Positions 36,942 to 46,788 of a DNA stretch of 64,000 bases are shown piece after piece. Positions within the stretch are counted from its first letter, which is position 1. Every line of letters starts with the position of its first letter. Source of the stretch: Alphaproteobacteria bacterium (GTDB taxonomy: Bacteria; Pseudomonadota; Alphaproteobacteria; SP197). The stretch spans positions 2,656,001-2,720,000 of the forward strand of contig OZ245842.1 in the NCBI GenBank assembly GCA_965228895.1, in the 5' to 3' direction. The translations under genes and the position numbers were made by a program. The notes beneath the pieces were generated by a model. It saw nothing but the letters and a program-made list of their open reading frames with translations. It was not told the DNA's origin and searched no databases.

Positions 36942-38060
36942 CTAGGCGGCCAGCGCCTCGCGCCGGTCGATCCAGCCGCCGCCGATGACGCGGTCGCCGT
37001 CATAGAGGACGCAGGCCTGGCCGGGCGCAATCGCCTCGGCCGGCTCGTTGAGGACGACGCGGGCGCGGTCGCCCTCGAGCGGGGTCACATGGGCGGGCTT
37101 GGGCGCCTGCATGGAGCGCAGCTTGACCTCGCCCGGCAGGCCCTCGTCCGGCAGACCGCCGCCGTCGATCCAGTTGACGTCGCTGATGGTGAGGCTGGTC
37201 TCCTGAAGCGCTTCGCGCGGACCGACGACAACCCGGTGACGGTCGGGCTCCAGCCGCAGCACGAACAACGGTTCGGCGGCGGCGATGCCGATGCCGCGGC
37301 GCTGACCGACGGTGAAGTGGATGATGCCATCGTGGCGGCCCAGCACATTGCCCGCCTGGTCGACGATGTCGCCGGGCTCGATGGCGCCGGGCCGGAGCTT
37401 GGCGACAACGCCGGCATAGTCGCCGTTGGGCACGAAGCAGATGTCCTGGCTGTCGGGCTTGTCAGCGATGGCGAGGCCGAAGCGGGTGGCATGCGCCCTC
37501 ACCTCCGCCTTGGTCATGGCGCCGATCGGGAAGCGCAGCATGGCCAGTTGGTCGGCCGTGGTGGCGAACAGGAAGTAGCTCTGGTCGCGCGCCTGTTCGG
37601 CACCGCGATGAAGCTCCGGGCCGTTCGGGCCGTCGATACGCTGGACGTAATGGCCGGTCGCCAGACAGTCGGCGCCCAGATCCCTGGCCGTCGTCATGAG
37701 GTCGGCGAACTTGACCCGCTGGTTGCAGCGCACGCAGGGGATCGGCGTCGCGCCGGCCAGGTAGGTATCGGCGAAATCATCCATGACCGCCTGGCGGAAG
37801 CGCGACTCATAGTCCAGCACGTAGTGCGGCATATCGAGCATCTGGGCGACGCGGCGGGCGTCGTGCACATCGGTGCCGGCGCAGCAGCTTCCCGGACGCT
37901 GGATCGCCTGGCCGTGGTCATAAAGCTGCAGCGTGATGCCGACCACGTCATAGCCGGCCTCGGCGAGCAGCGCGGCCGTGACCGAGCTGTCGACGCCGCC
38001 CGACATGGCGACGACGACCCGGGTGGCCGCTTCCGGCTTATCGAATCCAAGCGTGTTCAT
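36942..38060 (-). CDS. mnmA: tRNA 2-thiouridine(34) synthase
   Basis: [51 protein letters not shown]. Confidence 0.96.
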   Translation of the reverse strand: MNTLGFDKPEAATRVVVAMSGGVDSSVTAALLAEAGYDVVGITLQLYDHGQAIQRPGSCCAGTDVHDARRVAQMLDMPHYVLDYESRFRQAVMDDFADTYLAGATPIPCVRCNQRVKFADLMTTARDLGADCLATGHYVQRIDGPNGPELHRGAEQARDQSYFLFATTADQLAMLRFPIGAMTKAEVRAHATRFGLAIADKPDSQDICFVPNGDYAGVVAKLRPGAIEPGDIVDQAGNVLGRHDGIIHFTVGQRRGIGIAAAEPLFVLRLEPDRHRVVVGPREALQETSLTISDVNWIDGGGLPDEGLPGEVKLRSMQAPKPAHVTPLEGDRARVVLNEPAEAIAPGQACVLYDGDRVIGGGWIDRREALAA

Positions 38061-38091
38061 GGCCCGCAACATAGGGCGGAAGGCGCGGGGT

Positions 38092-39426
38092 TCAAGTGTT
38101 GAGGATCTCGACCAGGCGCGCGACCGGGCTGGCATCGCGGGCGAGACCGAGCGGCACCGAGAAGTGACCCTGGCGCCGGATGAAGAGATTTTCGTCGGGA
38201 ATCCGCCACCTCTGGGCGAAGGCCAGGCCGCCGGGGAACGGCGTGATCGTGTCGTGGCTGCCCTGCATCATGATGATGCGCTCGGGATCGATGCCGGGCT
38301 CGCCGATCGGCGCGGTCAGCGGCAGCCAGCCGTGAACCTGGTCACGGGTCCAGCCGACCTTGGCGAAGGCCTCGGCGGTGCGGAAGCCGGTCGCGAAACT
38401 GCCGTCCCAGGCGACTTCGTCGAGCCGGTCCGTGGTGGTGATCAGAAGCGCGGCGTCCGGTCGCATGGCCTCGGGCCAGGTGTCGGCATGGGCAACGGCA
38501 AGCTGGCTGTTCAGCGCCCCCATGCTGATGCCGCCGATACCCACCCTGCCCGGCCCGGTCGCGCGCGCCCAGCCGATCAGGCAGGCGATTTCGGCAACAT
38601 GGGCCTGGAACTCTTCGACGGCGCCGATCGGGCCATCGGCGACAAACGGCTCGCCGCCATGGACGCCCGGGGGACGTCGGCGCCCATGCCATGGCGCCTC
38701 AGGCTCAATGACACGAACGCGCCGCCCGGCAAACTGCGGCGCGAAGTGCAGCGAGCTGTCCCACATATCGGCCTCGATACCGATGCCGTGGCACATGATC
38801 ACCGTGTGGTCGTAGCCATCGGGCGGCTCGAAGACATGGGCCCAGACGGTGTCGCCCATGGCGGCGTTCGGACTAGGGAAACGCAGCCACGAGTGAACGA
38901 AACCGTCGGCGTGCACGGCGCGCGACTGATCGACCGAGGGTGGGTTCGACGGCGCCGCGAAGAAGGCCGCGGGGTCGGCGCAATGTGCGCCATAGCGGCG
39001 TTGCGCTTCGTCCGGCGTGATCGTCGAAAAACGAATAGCCGGCGCGCGACGACGCAAGAAGCGAAACCGCATGCGCGCCATCATGTAGGCGCCGACCGAC
39101 TGGCGCCGGCGCGCCGTCATGTCGTCAAGCCGCGCGCCCTTGCTGCCTGCGAACATCGCGTCCTGCCAGTCGAGCTCGGCCCGTTCGGCACTGGCCCGCG
39201 CCAACATGGTGTGCGCCAGGGCGTTTTGCAGGCGCGCGCGCCGGCTGCCGTTCGGGATGTCCATCGGTACGTTTGCCGCATAGTCGGCCAGGTCGTCGCC
39301 GGCGGTTTCGGTCGCCGCCCACAGCCGCGAGATGGGAAAATAGGTGCCGACCATGAAACGCAAGGCGAGCCGGTCGAACCAGGGCCTGAGGATCAGACCG
39401 CCGAGCGGGCCTTCGAAGAGTCGCAT
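38092..39426 (-). CDS. Alpha/beta hydrolase fold protein
   Basis: CHG oxyanion region, PWHG.R, GISMG nucleophile, D and GH triad candidates. Confidence 0.78.
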   Translation of the reverse strand: MRLFEGPLGGLILRPWFDRLALRFMVGTYFPISRLWAATETAGDDLADYAANVPMDIPNGSRRARLQNALAHTMLARASAERAELDWQDAMFAGSKGARLDDMTARRRQSVGAYMMARMRFRFLRRRAPAIRFSTITPDEAQRRYGAHCADPAAFFAAPSNPPSVDQSRAVHADGFVHSWLRFPSPNAAMGDTVWAHVFEPPDGYDHTVIMCHGIGIEADMWDSSLHFAPQFAGRRVRVIEPEAPWHGRRRPPGVHGGEPFVADGPIGAVEEFQAHVAEIACLIGWARATGPGRVGIGGISMGALNSQLAVAHADTWPEAMRPDAALLITTTDRLDEVAWDGSFATGFRTAEAFAKVGWTRDQVHGWLPLTAPIGEPGIDPERIIMMQGSHDTITPFPGGLAFAQRWRIPDENLFIRRQGHFSVPLGLARDASPVARLVEILNT

Positions 39427-39468
39427 GTTTCGGCTGATGGTTGCGTCCGCCTAGGGTGGGTCTGGACC

Positions 39469-39801
39469 CTAGTCTGCCATCATGTTGCGGGTTTCCGACG
39501 GCAACGCGACGGTCAGACCGTCCAGTTCCTCGGTCACGATGATCTGGCAACCGAGCCTGGACGTCTTGGTCAGACCGAACGCGAGGTCGAGCATATCCTC
39601 CTCGTCCTCGGTCGGTTCCTGGAGGCGGTCGAAATCATCGTCGTCGACAATGACGTGGCAGGTGGAGCATGCCAGCGACCCCTCGCACGCACCTTCGATG
39701 TCGATGTTGTTGCGATGCGCGAGTTCCAATAGGGAAAGGCCCACCGGGGCATCGACCTCGATCCGGGTGCCGTCCCGGTCAATAAACGTCACTTTGGGCA
39801 T
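39469..39801 (-). CDS. fdx: 2Fe-2S ferredoxin (ISC/adrenodoxin type)
   Basis: [26 protein letters not shown]; ATG 39801 after GGAG. Confidence 0.94.
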   Translation of the reverse strand: MPKVTFIDRDGTRIEVDAPVGLSLLELAHRNNIDIEGACEGSLACSTCHVIVDDDDFDRLQEPTEDEEDMLDLAFGLTKTSRLGCQIIVTEELDGLTVALPSETRNMMAD

Positions 39802-39868
39802 ACATACTCCGTTCTTGCGGCGCGCTTTTAATCCGAACCGGCGGTTCGCGTCCACCCCCAGCGGGTGG

Positions 39869-41053
39869 TTACGCTGCCGTGGAGTGCTGGCGAAGCCTGG
39901 AAACCGCCTCGACGAGATGGTCGAGGGCGAACTCGATTTCGGCCTCGGTCGAAAACCGTCCCAGGCCAATGCGGATTGAACTGCCGGCGCGCTCGTCGTC
40001 GAGGCCCAGGGCTCTGAGTACATAGGATGGCTCAACGACAGCCGAGGTGCAGGCCGAGCCGGTCGAGATGGCGACGTCCGGCATGGCGTCAATAAGATCA
40101 AGCGCCTTGATGCCGTCAAAGGCGATGTTCAGGTTGGCCGCCAGACGGTGATCGGGATCGCCGTTCAACGCAACACCGGGAATACGGTCCTGGATGCCCT
40201 GCCACAGGTGGTCGCGCAGCGCGCCCAGACGCCGGGCTTCTTCGGCCATGTCCTGCTTGGCAATCGCGGCGGCCTCGCCAAGACCGACGACCAGCGGTGT
40301 GGGGACGGTGCCGGAGCGGATCGTGCGCTCCTGCCCGCCACCGGAAAACAACGGTTCCAGCCGGGCCCGTGGCCGCCGGCGCATAAAGAGCACGCCGATA
40401 CCCTTGGGGCCATAAACCTTGTGACCGGAGATACTCATCAGGTCGATCGCCATGGCCTCGACGTCGATCGGTGTCTTGCCGATCGCCTGGGCGGCATCGG
40501 TGTGGAACATCACGCCGCGTTCCCTGGCCAACGCACCGATCTGCTCCATCGGCTGCAACACGCCGATCTCATTGTTCGCCGCCATGATCGAGACCAGCAG
40601 CGTCCGGTCATCGACCGCGGCGTCCAGCGCAGCGAGGTCGACCAGCCCATTTGCATCGACGGGCAGAAAGACCGTCTCGAAACCTTCCGGCTCCATCGCC
40701 TTGACGCTCTCGATGACACACTTGTGCTCGGTGACAACCGTGACGATCTTGTCGCGCTGATTGCGATGTGCACGTTCGAAGCGGGCGGCGCCCTTGATCG
40801 CCAGGTTGTTCGATTCCGTCGCGCCGGAGGTGAAGACGATCTCGCGCGGGTCGGCGTTCACGAGATCGGCGATCTTGCCTCTCGCCTCCTCGACCGCCTC
40901 GGCGGACTCGCGGCCGAGCGCGTGGCTGGTCGAGTGCGGATTGCCGAACTTCTCGGTGAACCACGGCAGCATGGCGTCGAGCGCGCGCGGATCGACCGGC
41001 GTCGTCGACTGATAGTCCAGATAGACCGGTGTCTTGATGTTGCGCTCTGTCAT
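39869..41053 (-). CDS. iscS: Cysteine desulfurase
   Basis: [42 protein letters not shown]. Confidence 0.93.
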   Translation of the reverse strand: MTERNIKTPVYLDYQSTTPVDPRALDAMLPWFTEKFGNPHSTSHALGRESAEAVEEARGKIADLVNADPREIVFTSGATESNNLAIKGAARFERAHRNQRDKIVTVVTEHKCVIESVKAMEPEGFETVFLPVDANGLVDLAALDAAVDDRTLLVSIMAANNEIGVLQPMEQIGALARERGVMFHTDAAQAIGKTPIDVEAMAIDLMSISGHKVYGPKGIGVLFMRRRPRARLEPLFSGGGQERTIRSGTVPTPLVVGLGEAAAIAKQDMAEEARRLGALRDHLWQGIQDRIPGVALNGDPDHRLAANLNIAFDGIKALDLIDAMPDVAISTGSACTSAVVEPSYVLRALGLDDERAGSSIRIGLGRFSTEAEIEFALDHLVEAVSRLRQHSTAA

Positions 41054-41066
41054 CGTGCCCTACCTC

Positions 41067-42170
41067 TTACGCGGCATGCTGGCCGCCGCCAAGTCGCTGG
41101 CTGATATCTGCCCACGCCGCCACGAGCAGCTCGATATCACGATCGGTGGTCGCCCAGCCATGGCTGACGCGTATGGTACTGGCGGCGACATCGCCGCGCC
41201 CCATGGCGGTTAGCACGTGTGACGGCCCGACCTTGCCCGACGAACAGGCCGACCCGGCGCTGACGGCAATGCCGGCCAGATCAAAGGCCATGACCAGGGT
41301 CTCCGCGCCGGCGCCGGGCATGGCGAGCGCACTGGTGTTGTCCAGGCGTTCGGCATCGGCGGCCATCACCTCGGCTCTCGGCGTCAACGCCATGACATCG
41401 GCTTCCAACCGATCACGGCGACCGCGCCACGAATCCAGGTCGTCATCCAAACAAGCGCGTGCGGCAGCGCCGAAGCCAGCGATCGCAGGCAACGCTTCCG
41501 TGCCCCCTCGCAGACCGAGTTCCTGGCCGCCGCCGCGCATGAGCGGGCGAAGCTCAAGGTCCCGCTTGCGCACAAGCGCGCCGGCGCCGGCCGGTCCGCC
41601 AAGTTTGTGACCGGACAACGTCATGAGGTCCGCGTCGATTGCGTGCAGATCGGCCTTGCCCGCCGCCTGCACCGCGTCGACATGCAAAAGCGCATCGTGG
41701 CGCCGCACGACGGCGGCAATATCGGTCAGGGGCTGAATCACACCGGTCTCGTTATTGGCCGCCATAACCGAGACAAGGGCGCTACCCGGACCCGGCGCCA
41801 GAAGCGCATCCAACGTCCCCGGTTGAACGCGGCCCTCACCATCGACAGGAATCGTGACGGCGTCATCACGGGCATTCAGGACCGAGGGGTGTTCGACCGC
41901 GGAGACCAGCACGCGTTCGGCCTTGAGACCGTTCAACGCCATCTGGTTGGCTTCCGTGCCACCTGACGTGAACGTCACCAGACGCGGCGCCACACCGGCC
42001 AGGGCCGCGACGTCTTCGCGCGCGGTCTCCAGAAGTGACCGCGCCCGTCGGCCGAAACCGTGCACGGAGGACGGGTTGCCGGTCACGCCCAGCGCAGCGA
42101 GAACGGCGTCGCGGGCTTGCGGCCGCAGCAGTGCGGTGGCGTTGTAATCGAGGTAAACGCGGTCGGTCAT
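41067..42170 (-). CDS. Second cysteine desulfurase (NifS/IscS-like)
   Basis: YLDYNAT, GNPSSVH, SGHKLGGP, SAGSACSSG. Confidence 0.92.
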   Translation of the reverse strand: MTDRVYLDYNATALLRPQARDAVLAALGVTGNPSSVHGFGRRARSLLETAREDVAALAGVAPRLVTFTSGGTEANQMALNGLKAERVLVSAVEHPSVLNARDDAVTIPVDGEGRVQPGTLDALLAPGPGSALVSVMAANNETGVIQPLTDIAAVVRRHDALLHVDAVQAAGKADLHAIDADLMTLSGHKLGGPAGAGALVRKRDLELRPLMRGGGQELGLRGGTEALPAIAGFGAAARACLDDDLDSWRGRRDRLEADVMALTPRAEVMAADAERLDNTSALAMPGAGAETLVMAFDLAGIAVSAGSACSSGKVGPSHVLTAMGRGDVAASTIRVSHGWATTDRDIELLVAAWADISQRLGGGQHAA

Positions 42171-42188
42171 GGTGCGGACAGCTGCTTC

Positions 42189-42653
42189 CTACTCGGCGGC
42201 GACGATATCCTCGTCAAAATCAGGCACCGCGCGGCATACCCGCCGTTCACAGATATCCTCAAGGGTCACCGATGACATGAAATCGCGGATGTGGTTGCCC
42301 AGCTCTTCCCACAGATCGTGAGTCAGGCAACGGCTCTTGTCCTTCATGCATCCCTCTTCGGGGTCCGCGCCACCCTTGCACCGCGTGACCCTGGTCGGCT
42401 CGTCGACCGCATCGATGATCGAGGCGACACAGATCTCGTTCTTCGGATTGGCCAACAGGTAGCCACCGCCCGGGCCGCGTACGCTGGCGACGAGTTCGGC
42501 GCGGCGCAACTTGCCGAAGAGCTGTTCGAGATAGCTCAGTGAAATCTCCTGTCGAGCCGCGATCTCGGCGAGCGAGACCGGACGTCCATCGCTGTGAAAG
42601 GCCAAGTCGACCATGGCCATCACCGCATAACGACCTTTACTGCTAAGTTTCAT
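42189..42653 (-). CDS. iscR: Rrf2 family Fe-S regulator
   Basis: MKLSSKGRYAV, ISLSYLEQLF, SVRGPGGGY, three Cys plus THDLW. Confidence 0.92.
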   Translation of the reverse strand: MKLSSKGRYAVMAMVDLAFHSDGRPVSLAEIAARQEISLSYLEQLFGKLRRAELVASVRGPGGGYLLANPKNEICVASIIDAVDEPTRVTRCKGGADPEEGCMKDKSRCLTHDLWEELGNHIRDFMSSVTLEDICERRVCRAVPDFDEDIVAAE

Positions 42654-42675
42654 GGCGGCGTCACGCTCCTTTGCA

Positions 42676-43395
42676 TTAGATGTCTCGACGTTCCTCGTCG
42701 ATTTCCAGGTCATTCGGTTCAACAACGTCAATGCCGTCGACACGGTTGGTTTCCAGCTCCTTGATACGGGCCTCAAGAACACTGACGTGATTCAACAGAC
42801 CATTGATCGCTTTGCTCACCGGATCGGGCATGTCCTGGGCCGAAGCGCCGTAGGCGGCGAAATGCGGCTCGGATTCCTGCTTGGCATGATCGACAGCGCG
42901 TCCGGGTATGCCGACCATCGTTACGCCCGGCGGCACGTCACGCACGACGACGGCGTTGGACCCGACAAGCGCGCCGTCGCCGACGGTAATCGGGCCGAGG
43001 ATTTTTGCGCCGGCGCCGACAACAACATCGTTGCCCAACGTCGGATGACGTTTTCCCTTTTGCCAGGTGGTTCCACCCAGGGTCACACCATGGTAGAGCG
43101 TCACGTCGTCACCGACTTCCGCCGTCTCGCCAATCACGACGCCCATGCCATGGTCGATAAAGAAACGTTTACCGATCTTGGCGCCGGGATGAATTTCGAT
43201 ACCTGTCAGCACGCGCCCGACATGCGACACAAAACGCCCGATCAGCTTGAGACCTTTGAGCCAAAGCCAATGGGAAAACCGGTAAAAGAGAATGGCGTGG
43301 AAACCGGGGTAGCACAGGACCACTTCAAGCCTGGTCCTGACCGCCGGATCGCGGCCGAATACAGAGTCGATTTCCTCGCGAAGCGCCTTCAGCAT
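42676..43395 (-). CDS. cysE: Serine O-acetyltransferase
   Basis: [34 protein letters not shown]. Confidence 0.95.
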   Translation of the reverse strand: MLKALREEIDSVFGRDPAVRTRLEVVLCYPGFHAILFYRFSHWLWLKGLKLIGRFVSHVGRVLTGIEIHPGAKIGKRFFIDHGMGVVIGETAEVGDDVTLYHGVTLGGTTWQKGKRHPTLGNDVVVGAGAKILGPITVGDGALVGSNAVVVRDVPPGVTMVGIPGRAVDHAKQESEPHFAAYGASAQDMPDPVSKAINGLLNHVSVLEARIKELETNRVDGIDVVEPNDLEIDEERRDI

Positions 43396-43478
43396 TGGGG
43401 GTGTCCTTGTTCAATCTCTCGACACGCCCGAACCGCGGGCGGCGAACCGCGCGTATCATCGGACTCGGTAGAGATAGA

Positions 43479-43503
43479 AAGTCCGACCACTCAGGTCAAG
43501 TAT
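43479..43503 (-). promoter_or_regulatory. IscR type-1-like operator overlapping a putative -35 of the cysE-iscR operon
   Basis: Minus strand ATACTTGACCTGAGTGGTCGGACTT; TTGACC-N17-TATCTC promoter geometry. Confidence 0.6.
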
Positions 43504-43590
43504 TCATGCCGTCTCGGCACCACACATTTTCGCCAGACCCATCACCCAAAAAGCGCTGAAACCGGCGCTTTCTGCTGCATTTAGGAACCC

Positions 43591-44256
43591 ATGCCCGACA
43601 TCATTTTTAATGGTCCCGACGGCCGCCTAGAGGGTCGCTACACCCATGGCAAGGCGCGCAACGCCCCGATCGCCGTGGTGCTGCACCCGCATCCGCAGTA
43701 TGGCGGCACCATGAACAACAAGATCACCTACGCCCTGTTCCGCGCCTACGCGCAGGCCGGATTTTCGGTCATGCGGTTCAACTTTCGCGGCGTCGGACGC
43801 AGCGAGGGATACTATGACGAAGGGGTCGGCGAACTGGCCGATGCGGCAGCGGCCATGGATTGGCTTCAACTGCACAACCCCGACCGGGTTGGCTGCTGGA
43901 TCGCCGGTTTTTCCTTTGGCGCCTGGATCGGTGCCCAGGCGCTGATGCGCCGGCCCGAGGTCGACGGCTTCATTTTTGTCGCGCCCGGCGCTGACCATTA
44001 CGACTTCGCCTTCCTGGAGCCCTGCCCCTGCGACGGCATGATCATCCAGGGCGACCGGGACGATGTTGTCGACCCCATCGCTGTCGGCAAGCTGGCCGAG
44101 CGGCTGGACCGCAAGAAACACGATGTGACCTACAAGGTCATCAAAGGTGCCGGGCATTTCTTTGAGCGCGAACTCGACGAGCTGCAGGCCATCATCGACG
44201 CCTATGTCGCCGAACACACCAAACACTACAATCTGATCATCGAAGAAGACGGCTGA
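43591..44256 (+). CDS. Alpha/beta hydrolase (conserved alphaproteobacterial gene divergent from cysE)
   Basis: LHPHPQYGGTMNNK, RFNFRGVGRSEG, GFSFG, D, HFF. Confidence 0.9.
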   Translation: MPDIIFNGPDGRLEGRYTHGKARNAPIAVVLHPHPQYGGTMNNKITYALFRAYAQAGFSVMRFNFRGVGRSEGYYDEGVGELADAAAAMDWLQLHNPDRVGCWIAGFSFGAWIGAQALMRRPEVDGFIFVAPGADHYDFAFLEPCPCDGMIIQGDRDDVVDPIAVGKLAERLDRKKHDVTYKVIKGAGHFFERELDELQAIIDAYVAEHTKHYNLIIEEDG

Positions 44257-45348
44257 TCAGCCGGCGTTGGTCCGTGCCCTGTAGAGTGCGCCGCCGGTCG
44301 TCGGCACGTCGACACCGGTGGTCGTCGGCAGACTGAGCGGCAGTCCTTTGAGCGAACGGATCGCCAGATAGGCAAACGCCTCGGCCTCAATCGCGTCACC
44401 GTTCCAACCGACATCTTCAGCCGTCACCACATCGCCAATCACCTGGTCGGCGATGGCTTGGCGAATGGCCGGGTTGAGACGGTTGCCGCCACAGGCGATC
44501 CAGAGTCTCGGCACTTCGGGCACAGCCTCGACACCCAGTGCGACGGTCCTTGCCGTCAGCGCAACCAACGTCGCCGCCCCGTCAGCTGGCGACAGCCCCT
44601 CCAGATCGATGGAAAAGCTGTTGCGGTCGAGCGACTTCGGTGCCGGCCGGGTAAAATAGGGATCGCTCATGACGGCATCGACCCGTTCGTCGTGCACCTG
44701 CCCGGCACGCGCCAGTGCACCATCACGATCGAACGGTTGATCCGTATGACGGCGCACCCAATCGTCGAGCAGCGCGCCGCTGGGGCCGGTATCGAAGGCA
44801 ATGATCTCATCGCCGCTTATCCACGTAATGTTGGCAACACCACCCAGGTTGAGAACGGCGACCGGTCCGTCGGTCTTCAGGCCAGCGACGAGCGCGGCGT
44901 GGTAAAGCGGCGCGAACGGTGCCCCCTGACCACCTCTGGCCATGTCGCTGCGGCGCAGGTCAGCAATCACGTCAATGCCGGTTCGTTGGGCCAGCAGCGC
45001 ACCGTCCCCGATCTGCCAGGTCAGCCCTTCATCTGGCCGATGGATAATCGTCTGACCGTGAAAGCCAATTATATCTATATTTTCGTTAGTTAAGTCATTT
45101 TTATCAAGCAACGCCTGAACAACATCGATGTGTCGGAGGGTCAGCGCACGCTCGGCAGCCAGAACATCGCCGTGACCGCCAAGGGCGGCGCGGACGAGGT
45201 CGCGCTCCCCATCGTCATAGGCGGCCGTCACCGGCTGGCCCATCCGTTCGACGCGATGGCCGTCGCTCTTGAGCAGAGCGGCGTCAACGCCGTCAATCGA
45301 CGTACCGCTCATCAGACCTATCGCGGTCATCCAACCGTTCTCAGCCAC
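44257..45348 (-). CDS. anmK: Anhydro-N-acetylmuramic acid kinase
   Basis: GLMSGTSIDGVD, GFHGQT, GGQGAP, NLGGVAN, FDTGP, PKSLDR, EAEAFA. Confidence 0.94.
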   Translation of the reverse strand: MAENGWMTAIGLMSGTSIDGVDAALLKSDGHRVERMGQPVTAAYDDGERDLVRAALGGHGDVLAAERALTLRHIDVVQALLDKNDLTNENIDIIGFHGQTIIHRPDEGLTWQIGDGALLAQRTGIDVIADLRRSDMARGGQGAPFAPLYHAALVAGLKTDGPVAVLNLGGVANITWISGDEIIAFDTGPSGALLDDWVRRHTDQPFDRDGALARAGQVHDERVDAVMSDPYFTRPAPKSLDRNSFSIDLEGLSPADGAATLVALTARTVALGVEAVPEVPRLWIACGGNRLNPAIRQAIADQVIGDVVTAEDVGWNGDAIEAEAFAYLAIRSLKGLPLSLPTTTGVDVPTTGGALYRARTNAG

Positions 45349-45454
45349 CCGGATCTCCTATTGTGACGCCTGCGTTTGAGGGGCGATGGCGATTATGCTA
45401 CACGACGCGCCCCGTCACGAAGGACGGTTTCGCCAGTTACCCAGGCGCCACGCC

Positions 45455-46708
45455 ATGTCCAACGCCAAGTCCGACTTCATCCGCGAGATTCTCTGGCGCG
45501 GCTTCATGCATCAGTGCACCGACCTCGATGCGCTGGACGCGGCCGCCAGCAAAGGTGTCGTGACCGGCTATATCGGCTTCGACTGTACGGCACCCAGCCT
45601 GCACGTCGGCAGCATGGTGCAGATCATGCAGCTCAGGCGCCTGCAGCAGTCCGGTCACCGGCCGATCGTCTTGATTGGCGGCGGCACCACCAAGATCGGC
45701 GATCCCTCGTTTCGCGACGAGGCCCGCCCGCTTTTGGATGACGCGCAGATTGCCGCAAACAAGGCAGGTATTCGCCAGATCTTCGAGCGCTTCCTGACCT
45801 TTGGCGATGGCCCGAGCGACGCCATCATGGTCGACAACGACGAGTGGCTCAGCGAGCTGAAGCTCGTGTCGTTTCTGCGCGACGCCGGCCGGCATTTCTC
45901 GGTCAACCGGATGCTCTCGATGGATTCGGTCAAGCTGCGGTTGGACCGTGAACAGCCGCTGAGCTTCCTTGAATTCAATTATATGGTCCTACAGTCCTAC
46001 GACTTCGTCGAACTCTACCGGCGCTTCGATTGCGTCCTGCAAATGGGCGGCTCGGACCAGTGGGGTAACATCGTGAACGGCGTCGACCTTGGACGGCGCA
46101 TGGCCGATGCCCAGCTATGGGGCCTTACCACACCGCTGATCACAACGGCGTCCGGCGCCAAAATGGGCAAGACGGCCGAGGGTGCCGTCTGGCTGAACGC
46201 CGAGATGCGCTCGCCTTACGACTACTGGCAGTTCTGGCGCAATACCGAAGACGCCGATGTCGGACGCTTCCTGAGGCTGTTCACGGACCTGCCGCAAGAC
46301 GAGATCGAACGGCTTGAAGGGCTCGATGGGTCCGAGATCAACGAGGCCAAGAAGGTCCTGGCGAACGAAGCGACGCGGCTGTGTCACGGCGATGCCGCTG
46401 CCGCTGACGCGGCTGAAACCGCGAGGCGAACCTTCGAGGAAGGCGCCAGCGGCGATGCCCTGCCCGTCGCCGACATCACCCGTGTCCAGCTTGATGACGG
46501 TTTCCTGTTCTATGAGGGACTTAAGGAGACCGGTCTTGCCGCCTCAAACGGCGAAGCGCGGCGATTGATCAAGGGCGGCGGCGCAAGGGTAAACGACAAG
46601 GTCGTCAACGACGAGTTTCACAAACTCGGGCCCGACGACCTGGATGACGACGGCGCCATCAAACTCTCCGCCGGCAAAAAACGTCACGCCCTGTTGCGCC
46701 TTGCCTGA
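45455..46708 (+). CDS. tyrS: Tyrosine--tRNA ligase
   Basis: [32 protein letters not shown]-terminal S4 domain. Confidence 0.97.
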   Translation: MSNAKSDFIREILWRGFMHQCTDLDALDAAASKGVVTGYIGFDCTAPSLHVGSMVQIMQLRRLQQSGHRPIVLIGGGTTKIGDPSFRDEARPLLDDAQIAANKAGIRQIFERFLTFGDGPSDAIMVDNDEWLSELKLVSFLRDAGRHFSVNRMLSMDSVKLRLDREQPLSFLEFNYMVLQSYDFVELYRRFDCVLQMGGSDQWGNIVNGVDLGRRMADAQLWGLTTPLITTASGAKMGKTAEGAVWLNAEMRSPYDYWQFWRNTEDADVGRFLRLFTDLPQDEIERLEGLDGSEINEAKKVLANEATRLCHGDAAAADAAETARRTFEEGASGDALPVADITRVQLDDGFLFYEGLKETGLAASNGEARRLIKGGGARVNDKVVNDEFHKLGPDDLDDDGAIKLSAGKKRHALLRLA

Positions 46709-46709
46709 C

Positions 46710-46736
46710 CCGCTCTATCCATAGATGGAGAGCGGA
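46710..46736. terminator. Hairpin between convergent tyrS and AsmA-like gene
   Basis: CCGCTCT...AGAGCGG inverted repeat immediately after the tyrS stop; no clear U-tract. Confidence 0.35.
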
Positions 46737-46788
46737 TTCACGTCGTGAGGTGGAACCGTCCATCGGGTCCACCTCAACACGATCCGCT

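Noticed and set aside
37978-39732. Long + strand ORF (584 aa) and other long antisense ORFs (e.g. 57130-58569, 36936-38102)
   Set aside because: Shadow frames of well-supported opposite-strand genes, expected in high-GC DNA; no motifs
45061-45095. AT-rich patch as a dif site
   Set aside because: Poor match to the XerD arm TTATGTTAAAT, no XerC arm, and it lies inside a coding sequence
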